A DNA stretch of 64,000 bases from a virus (taxonomy: Duplodnaviria > Caudoviricetes). The notes beneath the pieces were generated by a model. The model was not told the DNA's origin. It ran no database searches and worked only from the letters and a program-made list of their open reading frames with translations. Every line of letters starts with the position of its first letter. Position 1 is the first letter of the stretch. Position numbers and translations under genes: made by a program. Positions 26,430 to 35,630 of the stretch are shown piece after piece. The stretch lies in IMG/VR virus record IMGVR_UViG_3300020045_001640, positions 1-64,000 of that record; one strand, written 5' to 3'.

Positions 26430-26620
26430 CTAAGAAGCCCACAGCAAGACAACAAGCTCGTCAAACAATTAAAGACGAGCTTGAAAAGAGCCTGCTCATT
26501 GCCAAGCAGGATTTGCGTACTAACCGTTTCCAGTTTCAGAAGCTGCATGAACGACAGGAAGTGTTGAAGCGTAAAGTGGCAGAGATGGCTCTGTTGATTA
26601 AGACTTTGGAGAGTGTATGA
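26426..26620 (+). CDS. coiled-coil hypothetical protein
   Basis: GTGA overlap. Confidence 0.65.
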   Translation: MTKKPTARQQARQTIKDELEKSLLIAKQDLRTNRFQFQKLHERQEVLKRKVAEMALLIKTLESV

Positions 26621-26826
26621 CGGACAACAAGACAAGAGTTGTGAATTATGCAGGAGATATTGCTGAGGTGTTTGCAGAAGTGGTGAAGCTACAGAAGCGT
26701 GTAGAAGCACTTGAGCAAGCGGAGTACTTTAGGAAGTACAACACGTATGGCCCTATAGCTTATGTCGATAACAGTTTCCCGAAGTTGTTTGATAGCTTTC
26801 AATTACCAAAGATGGAGAGTAAATGA
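26617..26826 (+). CDS. hypothetical protein
   Basis: ATGA overlap. Confidence 0.65.
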   Translation: MTDNKTRVVNYAGDIAEVFAEVVKLQKRVEALEQAEYFRKYNTYGPIAYVDNSFPKLFDSFQLPKMESK

Positions 26827-27668
26827 ATATTGTAGATGATTGGCAGGACAAAGCTTTGCGGCTCAACGAGACAGGTGTTATGTCTAAGCGAGCAATAGCA
26901 AGACAACTCAAGGTTCCTAAAAGTTCCGTATCGGACTTCCTTCGTAGGTACTCTGAGTTCAAGGCTGAAGAAGTCGCGGAAGTGTCCACACCAGAACATG
27001 ACAACTCCCGCATCCTTGTAATTTCAGATTTACATTGTCCTTATAACGACCCAGATGCTTTGCAGTTTTTGCAGATGCTGAAAGATCGCTACGACTTCAC
27101 GCGAGTGATTTCAGTTGGGGATGAGCAGGATGTTTGTAGCGCGAGCTTCCATGACGTTGACGTAGATATGCTTAGTGCTGGGCATGAACTGAAAGCTGCA
27201 CAGAAGGTGTTGCAAGAGTTGGAGCGCATTTACCCTAAGATGGATATCATGAGTAGCAACCACGGCGACCTTTTCTATAGGCGCGCCAAGCATCATGGTA
27301 TTCCTTTGCATGTCATCAAGAGCTATAACGATGTGTTGGGTGTGGGAGAAGGCTGGAAGTGGCATCCTGACCTGATTGTACGATTGCCCACTGATGAGGA
27401 TGTGTACTTTTGTCATGGTAAGTCGCAGAACGGTTTGAAGCTGTCTCAGAACCTTTCGATGAACTGTGTCCAGGGGCACTACCACAACTCTTTCAATATT
27501 CAATATTGGAGCAGCCCACGAGCACTGCATTGGAGTATGCAAGTGGGGTGTCTGATTGATGATAAGAGTTTGGCTATGAGCTACAACAAGCTGACAGTGA
27601 ATCGTCCGATCTTGGGCTGTGGTGTGATTATTGATGGGATTCCTTCACTAGAGGTTATGCCAAAATGA
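26823..27668 (+). CDS. calcineurin-like metallophosphoesterase with N-terminal HTH
   Basis: ISDLH, GDE.D, SNH, F.HG, GHYH; SKRAIARQLKVPKSSV. Confidence 0.85.
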   Translation: MNIVDDWQDKALRLNETGVMSKRAIARQLKVPKSSVSDFLRRYSEFKAEEVAEVSTPEHDNSRILVISDLHCPYNDPDALQFLQMLKDRYDFTRVISVGDEQDVCSASFHDVDVDMLSAGHELKAAQKVLQELERIYPKMDIMSSNHGDLFYRRAKHHGIPLHVIKSYNDVLGVGEGWKWHPDLIVRLPTDEDVYFCHGKSQNGLKLSQNLSMNCVQGHYHNSFNIQYWSSPRALHWSMQVGCLIDDKSLAMSYNKLTVNRPILGCGVIIDGIPSLEVMPK

Positions 27669-27916
27669 TGCAAGCTCAAGTACAACTGTCATCCTTACCA
27701 ATAACTCTTGTCCTTCTGAGTAACGGACAAGTAGCCTTCTCGCTGCATCAGAAGATGGCTACAATTCTTGATACAAGCCCTGCGGGGCAGAGAATTGTTA
27801 TTAGTACAGAAGGAATCCTTGTGGGTGATGTGAATTACGTGTACAATGTTCCCTACTCGCTGACAGAAGATATGAAGGGTTGGCTGAGAAGTTTTGAGAT
27901 GGTGAATCCTTTTTAG
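27665..27916 (+). CDS. hypothetical protein
   Basis: ATGA overlap. Confidence 0.6.
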   Translation: MMQAQVQLSSLPITLVLLSNGQVAFSLHQKMATILDTSPAGQRIVISTEGILVGDVNYVYNVPYSLTEDMKGWLRSFEMVNPF

Positions 27917-27929
27917 TATTGGAGTAGGT

Positions 27930-28403
27930 ATGATTCTGAGTAAATTGACAAAAGCGTATGTAGCAGTAGAACAGTTCAACGAAATCTGTGGTAATCTTCC
28001 AGAGGTGAACGAAGCAAGCCTTGACCTTCAAATCAGCCTTTGCTATGAAGAAATGGTAGAAGTGATTGATGCTTTCGAGCAACGTGACATGAAAGAACTT
28101 GCTAAAGAAGTGGCGGACTTGTGGATTGTTGTAGCAGGACTTGTCCAGAAGATGCGTCACACTGGTGTGGATATGGGGAGTGTTATCGAAGCCGTGTGCG
28201 AGGATAACCTTGACAAGTTTATTCCTCAAGGACAGCCTTTGCAGTATGACTCTGCATTCACAGCAAGTTTGAATCAGAAATTTGGCAGGTGGGTGATTAA
28301 GGATAGTAACGGTAAGGTGCGGAAGGCAAGTACATACAAGAAGGCTGATGTTAGCCAGTATGTGTTGAAGGATTTGTTTAAAGAGGCTTCTCATGCCCTC
28401 TAA
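27930..28403 (+). CDS. MazG-like/all-alpha NTP pyrophosphohydrolase
   Basis: EE..E..DA, KEVADL, V.EDNL.K, D.NGKVRK. Confidence 0.8.
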   Translation: MILSKLTKAYVAVEQFNEICGNLPEVNEASLDLQISLCYEEMVEVIDAFEQRDMKELAKEVADLWIVVAGLVQKMRHTGVDMGSVIEAVCEDNLDKFIPQGQPLQYDSAFTASLNQKFGRWVIKDSNGKVRKASTYKKADVSQYVLKDLFKEASHAL

Positions 28404-28950
28404 AGTGCTGTCCCTTCGGGATGTACGAAAGGCTTCTTGGCTTGCTCAATACAACGAAGTGAGTTTGTTATCAATTGATCGTGATGAAGAAGTGTGGCGA
28501 GTGCTATCTGAAGTGGGGTTTGACCCAGATTATGGCTATGAGTACTTTGCTTGTAACCATCGTGACATGTCGGGCTTAGTAGGTATCGGGTATGTTGTGG
28601 CTGGCAGCATGAGCCTCAACCGTAAGCACCTTTCCAGTGTTTACGCAGACCTAACCGACATTATGATAGCCGCAAGTTATCAAGACCCATCTCTTGCACG
28701 AGAGCTGGGAGAGCTTAGTGGGAAACAGAGGAGTTACGATCACTCGCACAGTTTGGAGGAAGAATCGGAGAAGCTTGCTAAAGAGTTGATTGAACCTACA
28801 TGGGGAAGTGTTGAGTATCAGATTAAGGAGTTAAATGATTTGTGCTTTCATATTCGAGGGAGTGCTTTCAATTCTGCCGGGAGTTTAAAGACAATGAATG
28901 AGTACAAGCAGTTTGCACAAGAACAAGTCTCACAGAAAGGAAAACAGTGA
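28393..28950 (+). CDS. conserved-looking hypothetical protein
   Basis: 185-aa packed ORF. Confidence 0.7.
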   Translation: MPSKVLSLRDVRKASWLAQYNEVSLLSIDRDEEVWRVLSEVGFDPDYGYEYFACNHRDMSGLVGIGYVVAGSMSLNRKHLSSVYADLTDIMIAASYQDPSLARELGELSGKQRSYDHSHSLEEESEKLAKELIEPTWGSVEYQIKELNDLCFHIRGSAFNSAGSLKTMNEYKQFAQEQVSQKGKQ

Positions 28951-29549
28951 GTGTTGTAGAGGATTACAAAGGTGCAAATGGGAAATGGGTAGGCGCTAAA
29001 AGGATTGCAGAGGGAATTGTCCAAACAAGGTCTTATGTCCGGTGGGGCAATATGCGACTACGGTGTAAAGTTGGTGGAGCGGAGCAACAGCGTCGTCCCA
29101 CTTATGTAGGCTGTACAATGTCCTCCCTTTTCTCTGATTTTCAGACCTTCACGGATTGGCACGTAACTCAAGTAGGCTACGGTTTACCTTGTTACGATAT
29201 GGATAAAGATATTCTTGTGCATGGAAACAAGGAGTACAACGAAAAGGTTTGTGTGCTTGTGCCGAAGGCGTTAAATGCGTTTCTAACATCTCACGATGCT
29301 GCCAGAGGAGACTACCCACAAGGAGTGAACTTTCATAAGCGGGTGCAGAAGTTTGCTGCAATGGTCAGTAGTGACAGCCATAGAATACACTTAGGATACT
29401 TCACAACACCGGAAGCAGCTTCAGTCGCATACAAAGAGGCAAAAGAAGTTGAATCGCACAAATGGTATGAACGTCTTAAAGCTGGTGAATTCGCAGTTGA
29501 CCCTCGTGTAATCGAGCGTATGCGTACTTGGACTTTTGAAAACAATTAA
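28947..29549 (+). CDS. free-standing HNH-like/AP2 homing endonuclease
   Basis: MR.RC, MDKDIL..GNKEY...C, AP2-like C-terminus; ends 12 nt before the RNR start. Confidence 0.75.
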   Translation: MSVVEDYKGANGKWVGAKRIAEGIVQTRSYVRWGNMRLRCKVGGAEQQRRPTYVGCTMSSLFSDFQTFTDWHVTQVGYGLPCYDMDKDILVHGNKEYNEKVCVLVPKALNAFLTSHDAARGDYPQGVNFHKRVQKFAAMVSSDSHRIHLGYFTTPEAASVAYKEAKEVESHKWYERLKAGEFAVDPRVIERMRTWTFENN

Positions 29550-29560
29550 CAGGGAACAGA

Positions 29561-32027
29561 ATGAAAGATATCAGCGCAAGTAAATTAATGTCGGATGTGA
29601 AGTTTTACGGTGACTACTCTCGTTACGACGATACTTCCCATCAGTACGAGACATGGGAGCAATCAGTTGAGCGAGTAATGCAAATGCACTACACAAAGTA
29701 CGCGGCTCAGATGACACCGGCACTTCAAGTGTTCATGGGAGATATTCAGACTGCTTACTCACAGAAACAACTATTAGGTGCACAGCGAGCACTACAGTTT
29801 GGTGGAGCACAGTTGCTTAAGAAACATGCAAAGATGTACAATTGTGTTTCCAGTTATGTAGATCGTCCTGAGTTCTTTGGGGAGTATATGTGGCTAATGC
29901 TTTGTGGCTGCGGTGCAGGCTTCAGTGTACAGAAGCAACACATTGCCAAGTTGCCTAATGTCCAGCAACGCACCAAGGCAGCGAAGAAGTTTGTAGTTCC
30001 TGATTCAATTGAAGGTTGGGCACAAGCGTTCGATGTACTCTTTAGTTCTTTCTTTGTTGGTGGCGGCAAACATCCAGAGTATGAGAAACACCCTGTTTGG
30101 TTTGACTTGAGTCAAGTACGACCAAAAGGCTCTGAAATCTCTGGTGGCTTCAAGGCTCCTGGGCCTGAACCATTGCAGTATGCTCTGGCTAAGGTGGAGA
30201 AATTGTTGAGCAAGGCAGGAAGCCGCCTCAAATCAATTGACGTGTATGATGCTTGTATGTATCAAGCAGATGCAGTAATCTCTGGTGGTGTCCGTCGAAG
30301 TGCCACTATCTGCCTCTTCTCAAAAGATGATGAGGAAATGATTAAGGCTAAGACGGGTAATTGGTTCCAAGAGAATCCTCAACGAGGTCGTAGCAATAAC
30401 AGTGTGATGTTGAAGCGAGATGAATTGACAGCAGCGGAGTTTGCTGCCATTATGAAGTCTGTTGAGCAATGTGGTGAGCCAGGATTTATCTTCACAGATA
30501 ATTTGGAGTTTACATTTAATCCGTTGACAATACTAGCGGCCTAAGAGAGGAATCTCTTTTGAATAATCCGAATTTCGGGGGAAGCGTAGAACACGTAATC
30601 CCGACGCAACACTGACTTGAAAGAGTTATAGAGGCGCGAGAGACTGACAAGGAAGCAGAGAACCTGCTGTGATACAGTCCGTTCTGTATGGGGACATACA
30701 GAGATTGGCAGAAATGACCAATCCCCGCACAATGCGGAGTAACAATAAAGGTGTAGAAATCGGGATGTTGCCTGTTACGGCTGATGGTCGTAGTGGCTGG
30801 CAGGGCTGTAACTTGGCAGAGATTAATGGTGGGAAGTGTACGACACCAGAGTTGTTCTACGAGGCTTGCCGTGTAGCTTCAGCACTGTGTACGTTGCAAG
30901 CTGGATATACAGACTTTGAGTTTCTTAGTGCAGCTTCTAAGGAAATCTTTGATCGTGAAGCATTGATTGGTGTGTCGATTACAGGTTGGATGAACAATCC
31001 TCAAGTGCTGTTTGATGAGGAAGTGCTGCGCAAGGGTGCTCAGATTGTCAAGGATGTGAACAAGGAAGTTGCTGCCATTATAGGTATTAACCAGGCTGCT
31101 CGCACGACTTGCGCAAAGCCAAGTGGCAACGCTTCTGTATTGCTTGGGACAGCTTCAGGTATTCATGGAGAGCATTCACCACGTTACTTGCGCCATGTGC
31201 AGATGAACAATGAAGTGGAAGTGCTGAACACTTTCAAGAGTATGTATCCAGAGATGGTAGAAGACTCTGTGTGGAGCACGAACGGGACAGACAGTGTTAT
31301 CGCTTTCCCGATCATCACTAAGGAAGGCTCTGTTTACAAGGCTGACTTGTTAGGTGTGAAGCAACTTGAGTATGTGAAGAAGGCACAGCAAGTGTGGGTA
31401 GAGGAAGGTACTAACGTTGAGCTTTGTGCTGACCCTAAGCTGCGACACAATATCAGTAATACGATTAGTGTTGATAGCTGGCCTGATGTGACAAACTATC
31501 TGTACGAGAATCGTCAATGGTTCTGTGGTGTGTCGCTCATGGCTGCTTCAGGAGACAAAGCTTTTCCACAAGCTCCGTTCACGGAAGTCTTGACAGAGAA
31601 GCAGATTGTGAAGAAGTATGGTGCAGCAGCATTGTTTGCAGCAGGATTGGTTACTCGTGCCCTAGATGCTTTCGGTGACTTGTGGAAGGCTACTTCTTGT
31701 GCAATGGGCTACGGTGAAGACATTTCTAAAGAGTGTCATGAAACTGTAGCGAAGCGTGATTGGGTGCGACAGTTTAAGAAGTTTGCCAAGAATCACTTCC
31801 CGCAGGATTGTAACAAGAACTCTGCCGAGTTGCTTGGTATGGAAGCTGGGGATTTGAACAAGACAGGTGACTGCTTGAAAGATGTGTATAATCTACACAA
31901 GTGGACTAAGATTGCTAACAACATGCCAAACATTGACATTCGTGAGCATCTGAAGCGTAAGCAGTTTGTAGATGTGGGAACACTGGCAGGGGCCGCATGT
32001 GCCGGTGGACAATGCGAAATCTTCTAA
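29561..32027 (+). CDS. nrdJ: ribonucleotide reductase catalytic subunit, join(29561..30524,30751..32027), 746 aa; most like class II/RTPR type (class tentative)
   Basis: YNC, RRSA, SNNS, restored NPCVEI, KPSGN, C-terminal CAGGQC. Confidence 0.85.
30525..30750 (+). ncRNA. group I self-splicing intron, 226 nt, no ORF
   Basis: Exon ends in U and intron ends in G; P1 ccgU/Gcgg; P element aatttcgggggaa; P7 gactg(30642-30646)/cagtc within gatacagtcc; GNRA hairpins; removal restores the frame and Cys. Confidence 0.9.
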
Positions 32028-32034
32028 TAAGTAA

Positions 32035-32075
32035 TTGACAGCAACAGACAAGGGCTTGTAAAATAGCTCTTGTCT
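32035..32075 (+). promoter_or_regulatory. promoter TTGACA-18-TAAAAT with the -10 in the loop of an 11-bp inverted repeat
   Basis: agacaagggct-tgTAAAAT-agctcttgtct. Confidence 0.7.
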
Positions 32076-32092
32076 TAACAAAGGAGAAATTA

Positions 32093-32374
32093 ATGTGGAA
32101 CCACCGAGTATGGCGTCACACCCACCACGGAGCCGACGAAGAAGAGAGCTTCCAAGTAAAGGAAACCTACCACAACAAAGCTGGTGAAATCTGTGCCTGT
32201 ACAGAAGACGCAGCAGAAGCTTACGGTTATACGCTGGAAGAACTGAAAGAGAACCTTCAACGTATGCTCAAGGCTACTGAACAGCCAGCATTGGACGAAG
32301 AAGGCTTTGTGTTTGCACAATGGGACTTGTCCGACACGGACGACGAAGAGGAATTTAATGCTGACAATTTATAG
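32093..32374 (+). CDS. acidic hypothetical protein (MWNHRVW...)
   Basis: SD AAGGAG. Confidence 0.75.
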   Translation: MWNHRVWRHTHHGADEEESFQVKETYHNKAGEICACTEDAAEAYGYTLEELKENLQRMLKATEQPALDEEGFVFAQWDLSDTDDEEEFNADNL

Positions 32375-32627
32375 CAAGAACAACTGTGCGGCCTGCCTAT
32401 CAGCAGCCAATCTACTAGACAGCTACAACATTCTGTACAACACCATCAAGATTGACGAAGACCCTGCTGCTAAGGAATTCATTCTGAGTCAGTGTCACAG
32501 AACAGTACCTCAAATCTACTGTGGAGATTCCCTCTTTGTAGAAGGAGGCTTCCCAGCACTTATGAAGCTCTCCAAAGAGGAGATTGTTGTGCGAATGGCT
32601 CAGTACAAATTTGGCTCAACAAATTAA
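32358..32627 (+). CDS. grx: glutaredoxin
   Basis: CAAC, RTVPQI, GG; near the RNR. Confidence 0.88.
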   Translation: MLTIYSKNNCAACLSAANLLDSYNILYNTIKIDEDPAAKEFILSQCHRTVPQIYCGDSLFVEGGFPALMKLSKEEIVVRMAQYKFGSTN

Positions 32628-32667
32628 TTGACAGAAACGACAAGAGCCACTTACAATGTCCCTTGTC
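32628..32667 (+). promoter_or_regulatory. promoter TTGACA-18-TACAAT bracketed by gacaag/cttgtc
   Basis: Hexamers at 32628-32633 and 32652-32657. Confidence 0.65.
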
Positions 32668-32698
32668 AATTTAATGAAGCACCTTAAAGGAGAAATAA

Positions 32699-33145
32699 AT
32701 GGAATATGGAACAATTGCATCAGACTTCAGCCCTCTCGTCATCAAGCTTTCCACACAAGCTGAAATTGACTTCTTCTATAGCCTTGTAGCACAAACTCCA
32801 GATGCTCTCGTGGGCGACTACGTTATGCACGAGGAATTGAGCGAGCTTGAAGATTTCTTGTTTGAGAACATCTCGAATGAATTGCTTGTAGAGCAAATGG
32901 AAGAGGATGCTGTGTTTGTAGAGGGTTGTTGTGGGTGTGAAGAATGCGCCTCAGACTACAAGCACCATGCAGAGCGTCTTGAGCAACCTTTGCAGCATGA
33001 GCATTCTTGTAAAGGTGGTTGTGAGGCTTGTGTTGGCTGCAATGCTACTGACAGCAATTATGAAGCAGAGCCTGTTCCACGTAATCTAAAAGAGATGTTC
33101 GAGCAATTCTTTGCAGCACAAGATAAACAACAAGGAAATAAATAA
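32699..33145 (+). CDS. acidic hypothetical protein with Cys clusters
   Basis: SD AAGGAG; CCGCEEC, C.GGCEAC.GC. Confidence 0.7.
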   Translation: MEYGTIASDFSPLVIKLSTQAEIDFFYSLVAQTPDALVGDYVMHEELSELEDFLFENISNELLVEQMEEDAVFVEGCCGCEECASDYKHHAERLEQPLQHEHSCKGGCEACVGCNATDSNYEAEPVPRNLKEMFEQFFAAQDKQQGNK

Positions 33146-33146
33146 T

Positions 33147-33521
33147 ATGACGACTAATAAACTGCAAGCCTACAACCAAGAAATCCAACCTCTACTGCGT
33201 ACTATTAACGGCTTCAAAGAAGATTTGAAGGAATTTAAAGAGACAGACGAAAAGGCTCTCAAACTGGCTGAAGCTATCAAAGATGCACAAGAAGAACTTA
33301 AGCTCTACCTTGAGGACAACACAACCTCAAAAGATATTCTTGAGAACATCAAAGAGCACTCTAAGGAGTTCGGTCTTGCTGTGAAGGGTGCTGCCAAGGG
33401 AACGGCTTACAAAGTCAAAGACTTGAAGCCTTACTTTGTCGCTAGAAGCAAAGAGGACGCCGTGGAGAAAGCTGTAGATAAAGGCCAACTTTTCGAGGAA
33501 TTGAACAAAGAGATTGCATAA
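33147..33521 (+). CDS. coiled-coil hypothetical protein (possibly dsDNA-binding)
   Basis: Helical, Lys/Glu-rich; followed by a terminator. Confidence 0.7.
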   Translation: MTTNKLQAYNQEIQPLLRTINGFKEDLKEFKETDEKALKLAEAIKDAQEELKLYLEDNTTSKDILENIKEHSKEFGLAVKGAAKGTAYKVKDLKPYFVARSKEDAVEKAVDKGQLFEELNKEIA

Positions 33522-33540
33522 TAGATAGTTATCAAGAGCA

Positions 33541-33563
33541 AAGGGCACTCAGTGCCCTTTCTT
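33541..33563 (+). terminator. rho-independent terminator
   Basis: aagggcac-tca-gtgccctt-tctt. Confidence 0.7.
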
Positions 33564-33585
33564 AGATTGTACGTAAAGGAAAGAT

Positions 33586-34158
33586 ATGGTGAATTTTGTG
33601 GATCATTTCTACTATGATCCGTCTAGTCCGAGTTGTATTCGTCGCAAGTTACCTGTTCTGGTAGGAAGGCTTAAAACGAGCGTGAAATACGCAGCAAACA
33701 CTGAAGTAGGACACTTATCCTCAGACGGGTACTGGGTGACTAGTTTGAATTGGGAGGATTTCGATGTACACAACATCGTGTACTTACTACACAACCCTAC
33801 AATCCCTTCAAATTGGGAAGTAGATCACATAGATGGTAATAATTCTAACAACCTTATAGAAAATCTTCGGTGTGTCCCGCACGACATCAACTGTCGTAAT
33901 CGCTCAATGTACTCCACGAACTCCACAGGTGTGACAGGTGTTTGTTGGATCGAAAAGGTTAACATTGGACATCCACTGAAGATGCTGTATGCCGTTGCAC
34001 AATGTCGGAGTTTGGAAGGTAAAGTTGTTGGTCGTTGTTTCTCTGTAAAGAAGTACGGGCTTATGCCAGCTTTTAAGAGGGCTTGCGACTGTAGGGCTGA
34101 CATGATTGCCTCGCTAAACGCACAAGGGGCTGACTACACAGACCGTCATGGCAAGTAG
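33586..34158 (+). CDS. HNH_3/AP2 homing endonuclease
   Basis: H.IV..LH, VDHIDGN..NN.IENLR...N.RN, NSTGVTGV. Confidence 0.85.
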   Translation: MVNFVDHFYYDPSSPSCIRRKLPVLVGRLKTSVKYAANTEVGHLSSDGYWVTSLNWEDFDVHNIVYLLHNPTIPSNWEVDHIDGNNSNNLIENLRCVPHDINCRNRSMYSTNSTGVTGVCWIEKVNIGHPLKMLYAVAQCRSLEGKVVGRCFSVKKYGLMPAFKRACDCRADMIASLNAQGADYTDRHGK

Positions 34159-34162
34159 ACGT

Positions 34163-34195
34163 AAAAATACCCAGAGTCCTTTACGGATATCTGGG
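34163..34195 (-). terminator. hairpin at the convergence of the two arms
   Basis: cccaga...tctggg preceded by aaaaat (U tract on the minus strand). Confidence 0.6.
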
Positions 34196-34234
34196 CCAAC
34201 ATCACCACTGATGGAAACTTACAAGGTAAACTTG

Positions 34235-34519
34235 TTACTTCTTATTCTTTACCGCGTTAATCAATGCTGTATGTCTATCTGAGCAATCGTGATAGATTGC
34301 AGCATTTTCTGTCATATTAACCAGTATATCTTTGCCTGTCATTCCTTCAAGGGCTTGTAACGGTTTGCACTGCTGCATCAAGCTTGCTGGAATCTGTACT
34401 CCCTGAGAGGGCTTCGTTTGCCAACTGCAACCCTGAATTGTCAATACAGACGTTGTGATAAACGTCACGAGTAACAATTTTCTGCACCACTTTAGTGATG
34501 ACTTCTGCTGACTTTTCAC
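34235..34519 (-). CDS. o-spanin (Rz1-like lipoprotein)
   Basis: Lipobox-like VLTIQGC, Pro-rich; overlaps the i-spanin in another frame. Confidence 0.8.
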   Translation of the reverse strand: MKSQQKSSLKWCRKLLLVTFITTSVLTIQGCSWQTKPSQGVQIPASLMQQCKPLQALEGMTGKDILVNMTENAAIYHDCSDRHTALINAVKNKK

Positions 34520-34718
34520 GTTTGCCTTTCAATGTCTCATACTGTTCTGCCACAAGGTTATACTTAGCTTGTGCCTCGTTGTTAGCTACGACTTGCTCTG
34601 CTGTAGACTTCTTACGCTCGTGAGAAACCCCTTGGTTATACACCCACCAATAAGCCCCTCCTAGCACAGCAAACACTACAGCAATCTCAATTAGTTTTGA
34701 TTTCCACAGAAGCCACAT
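34347..34718 (-). CDS. i-spanin (Rz-like)
   Basis: N-terminal TM, coiled coil, C-terminal Cys; SD AGGAGG. Confidence 0.8.
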   Translation of the reverse strand: MWLLWKSKLIEIAVVFAVLGGAYWWVYNQGVSHERKKSTAEQVVANNEAQAKYNLVAEQYETLKGKREKSAEVITKVVQKIVTRDVYHNVCIDNSGLQLANEALSGSTDSSKLDAAVQTVTSP

Positions 34719-34944
34719 CTTTAGCCTCCTTTTCTTCAGCGACACGTTTAGGCTGGCTTACAAGCCGAGCAATGATGATGGCAATGGCAATGTAAGTGAC
34801 AACATTCGGGGGCATGTACTGTTGAATAATAGGAAGCATCTCAAAGGCTTGCGAGCCTATAGCGAGCAATGCTGCCAATTGAACAGAGACATACTTCCAG
34901 CCACTCTTCCAGTTTGCAATCAAACTTAGTTTCCAAGAGTTCAT
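34687..34944 (-). CDS. holin
   Basis: Two TM segments with a charged tail; located between endolysin and spanins. Confidence 0.7.
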   Translation of the reverse strand: MNSWKLSLIANWKSGWKYVSVQLAALLAIGSQAFEMLPIIQQYMPPNVVTYIAIAIIIARLVSQPKRVAEEKEAKDVASVEIKTN

Positions 34945-34945
34945 A

Positions 34946-35554
34946 TTAATTTGCTTTCATAAATGATTGAATAAGGAATAGCACCATGCCACCAGCAAAT
35001 GTAGATAGCAGCATAATCAGAGGGACAGACATTCCACTCCTACCTTGTTGAACAAACTCTGCTCGCTCAAGTTCTGCAATCCTATCTAGAATAGCTGGTG
35101 GAATACCCGATAAGCCTGTCTTCTCGTATTGAGCCTTCTCCAACAAACTGATTCTCTCAGCCAATTGGTTCTGCAACTGAGCAAGCTGACTAGCCACCGT
35201 ATTCGCTGTCGTTGCTACCAAAGCCCTCAATGTTTCAGCAGAAGTACTTACTTGTTGTGCCAACACAGCAGCTTGGTCAGAAGCCCTATCACTAGCTACA
35301 GCAACAGCGCCAACATCTACCGCACGAATAGCATTAATACGGTTACTCTCTGCTTGCATGAGAGACATGATGTGCTCAACGTGAATTTTGAGATGGCCTT
35401 CAAGGCGTTCCTTCAAGGCTTCACGTAAGCTCTCTTGACGGTTACTCTCTGCAATGCGCAAGTCGTCTAAGCGGCTTACGGCTTGATTGACGATTAACAT
35501 AACATTGTCGGTAGGGTCTTTAAAACGCCTATCGTCCGCGCTTGAGGGTTCCAT
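34946..35554 (-). CDS. coiled-coil protein with C-terminal TM anchor, inside the lysis cassette
   Basis: Heptad-rich body; VPLIMLLSTFAGGMVLFLI. Confidence 0.7.
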   Translation of the reverse strand: MEPSSADDRRFKDPTDNVMLIVNQAVSRLDDLRIAESNRQESLREALKERLEGHLKIHVEHIMSLMQAESNRINAIRAVDVGAVAVASDRASDQAAVLAQQVSTSAETLRALVATTANTVASQLAQLQNQLAERISLLEKAQYEKTGLSGIPPAILDRIAELERAEFVQQGRSGMSVPLIMLLSTFAGGMVLFLIQSFMKAN

Positions 35555-35593
35555 GCTGATTCCTTCTGTATTGCACCGAATGGTGCTTGTTAC

Positions 35594-35612
35594 CCTCTGC
35601 GAAATGCAGAGG
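35594..35612 (-). terminator. hairpin after the endolysin
   Basis: cctctgc-gaaat-gcagagg. Confidence 0.5.
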
Positions 35613-35630
35613 TGATATTCACTTCAATTG

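Noticed and set aside
30669-30750. ORF-track N-terminus MIQSVLYGD... of the second RNR ORF
   Set aside because: It is intron sequence read in frame; the real exon starts at 30751
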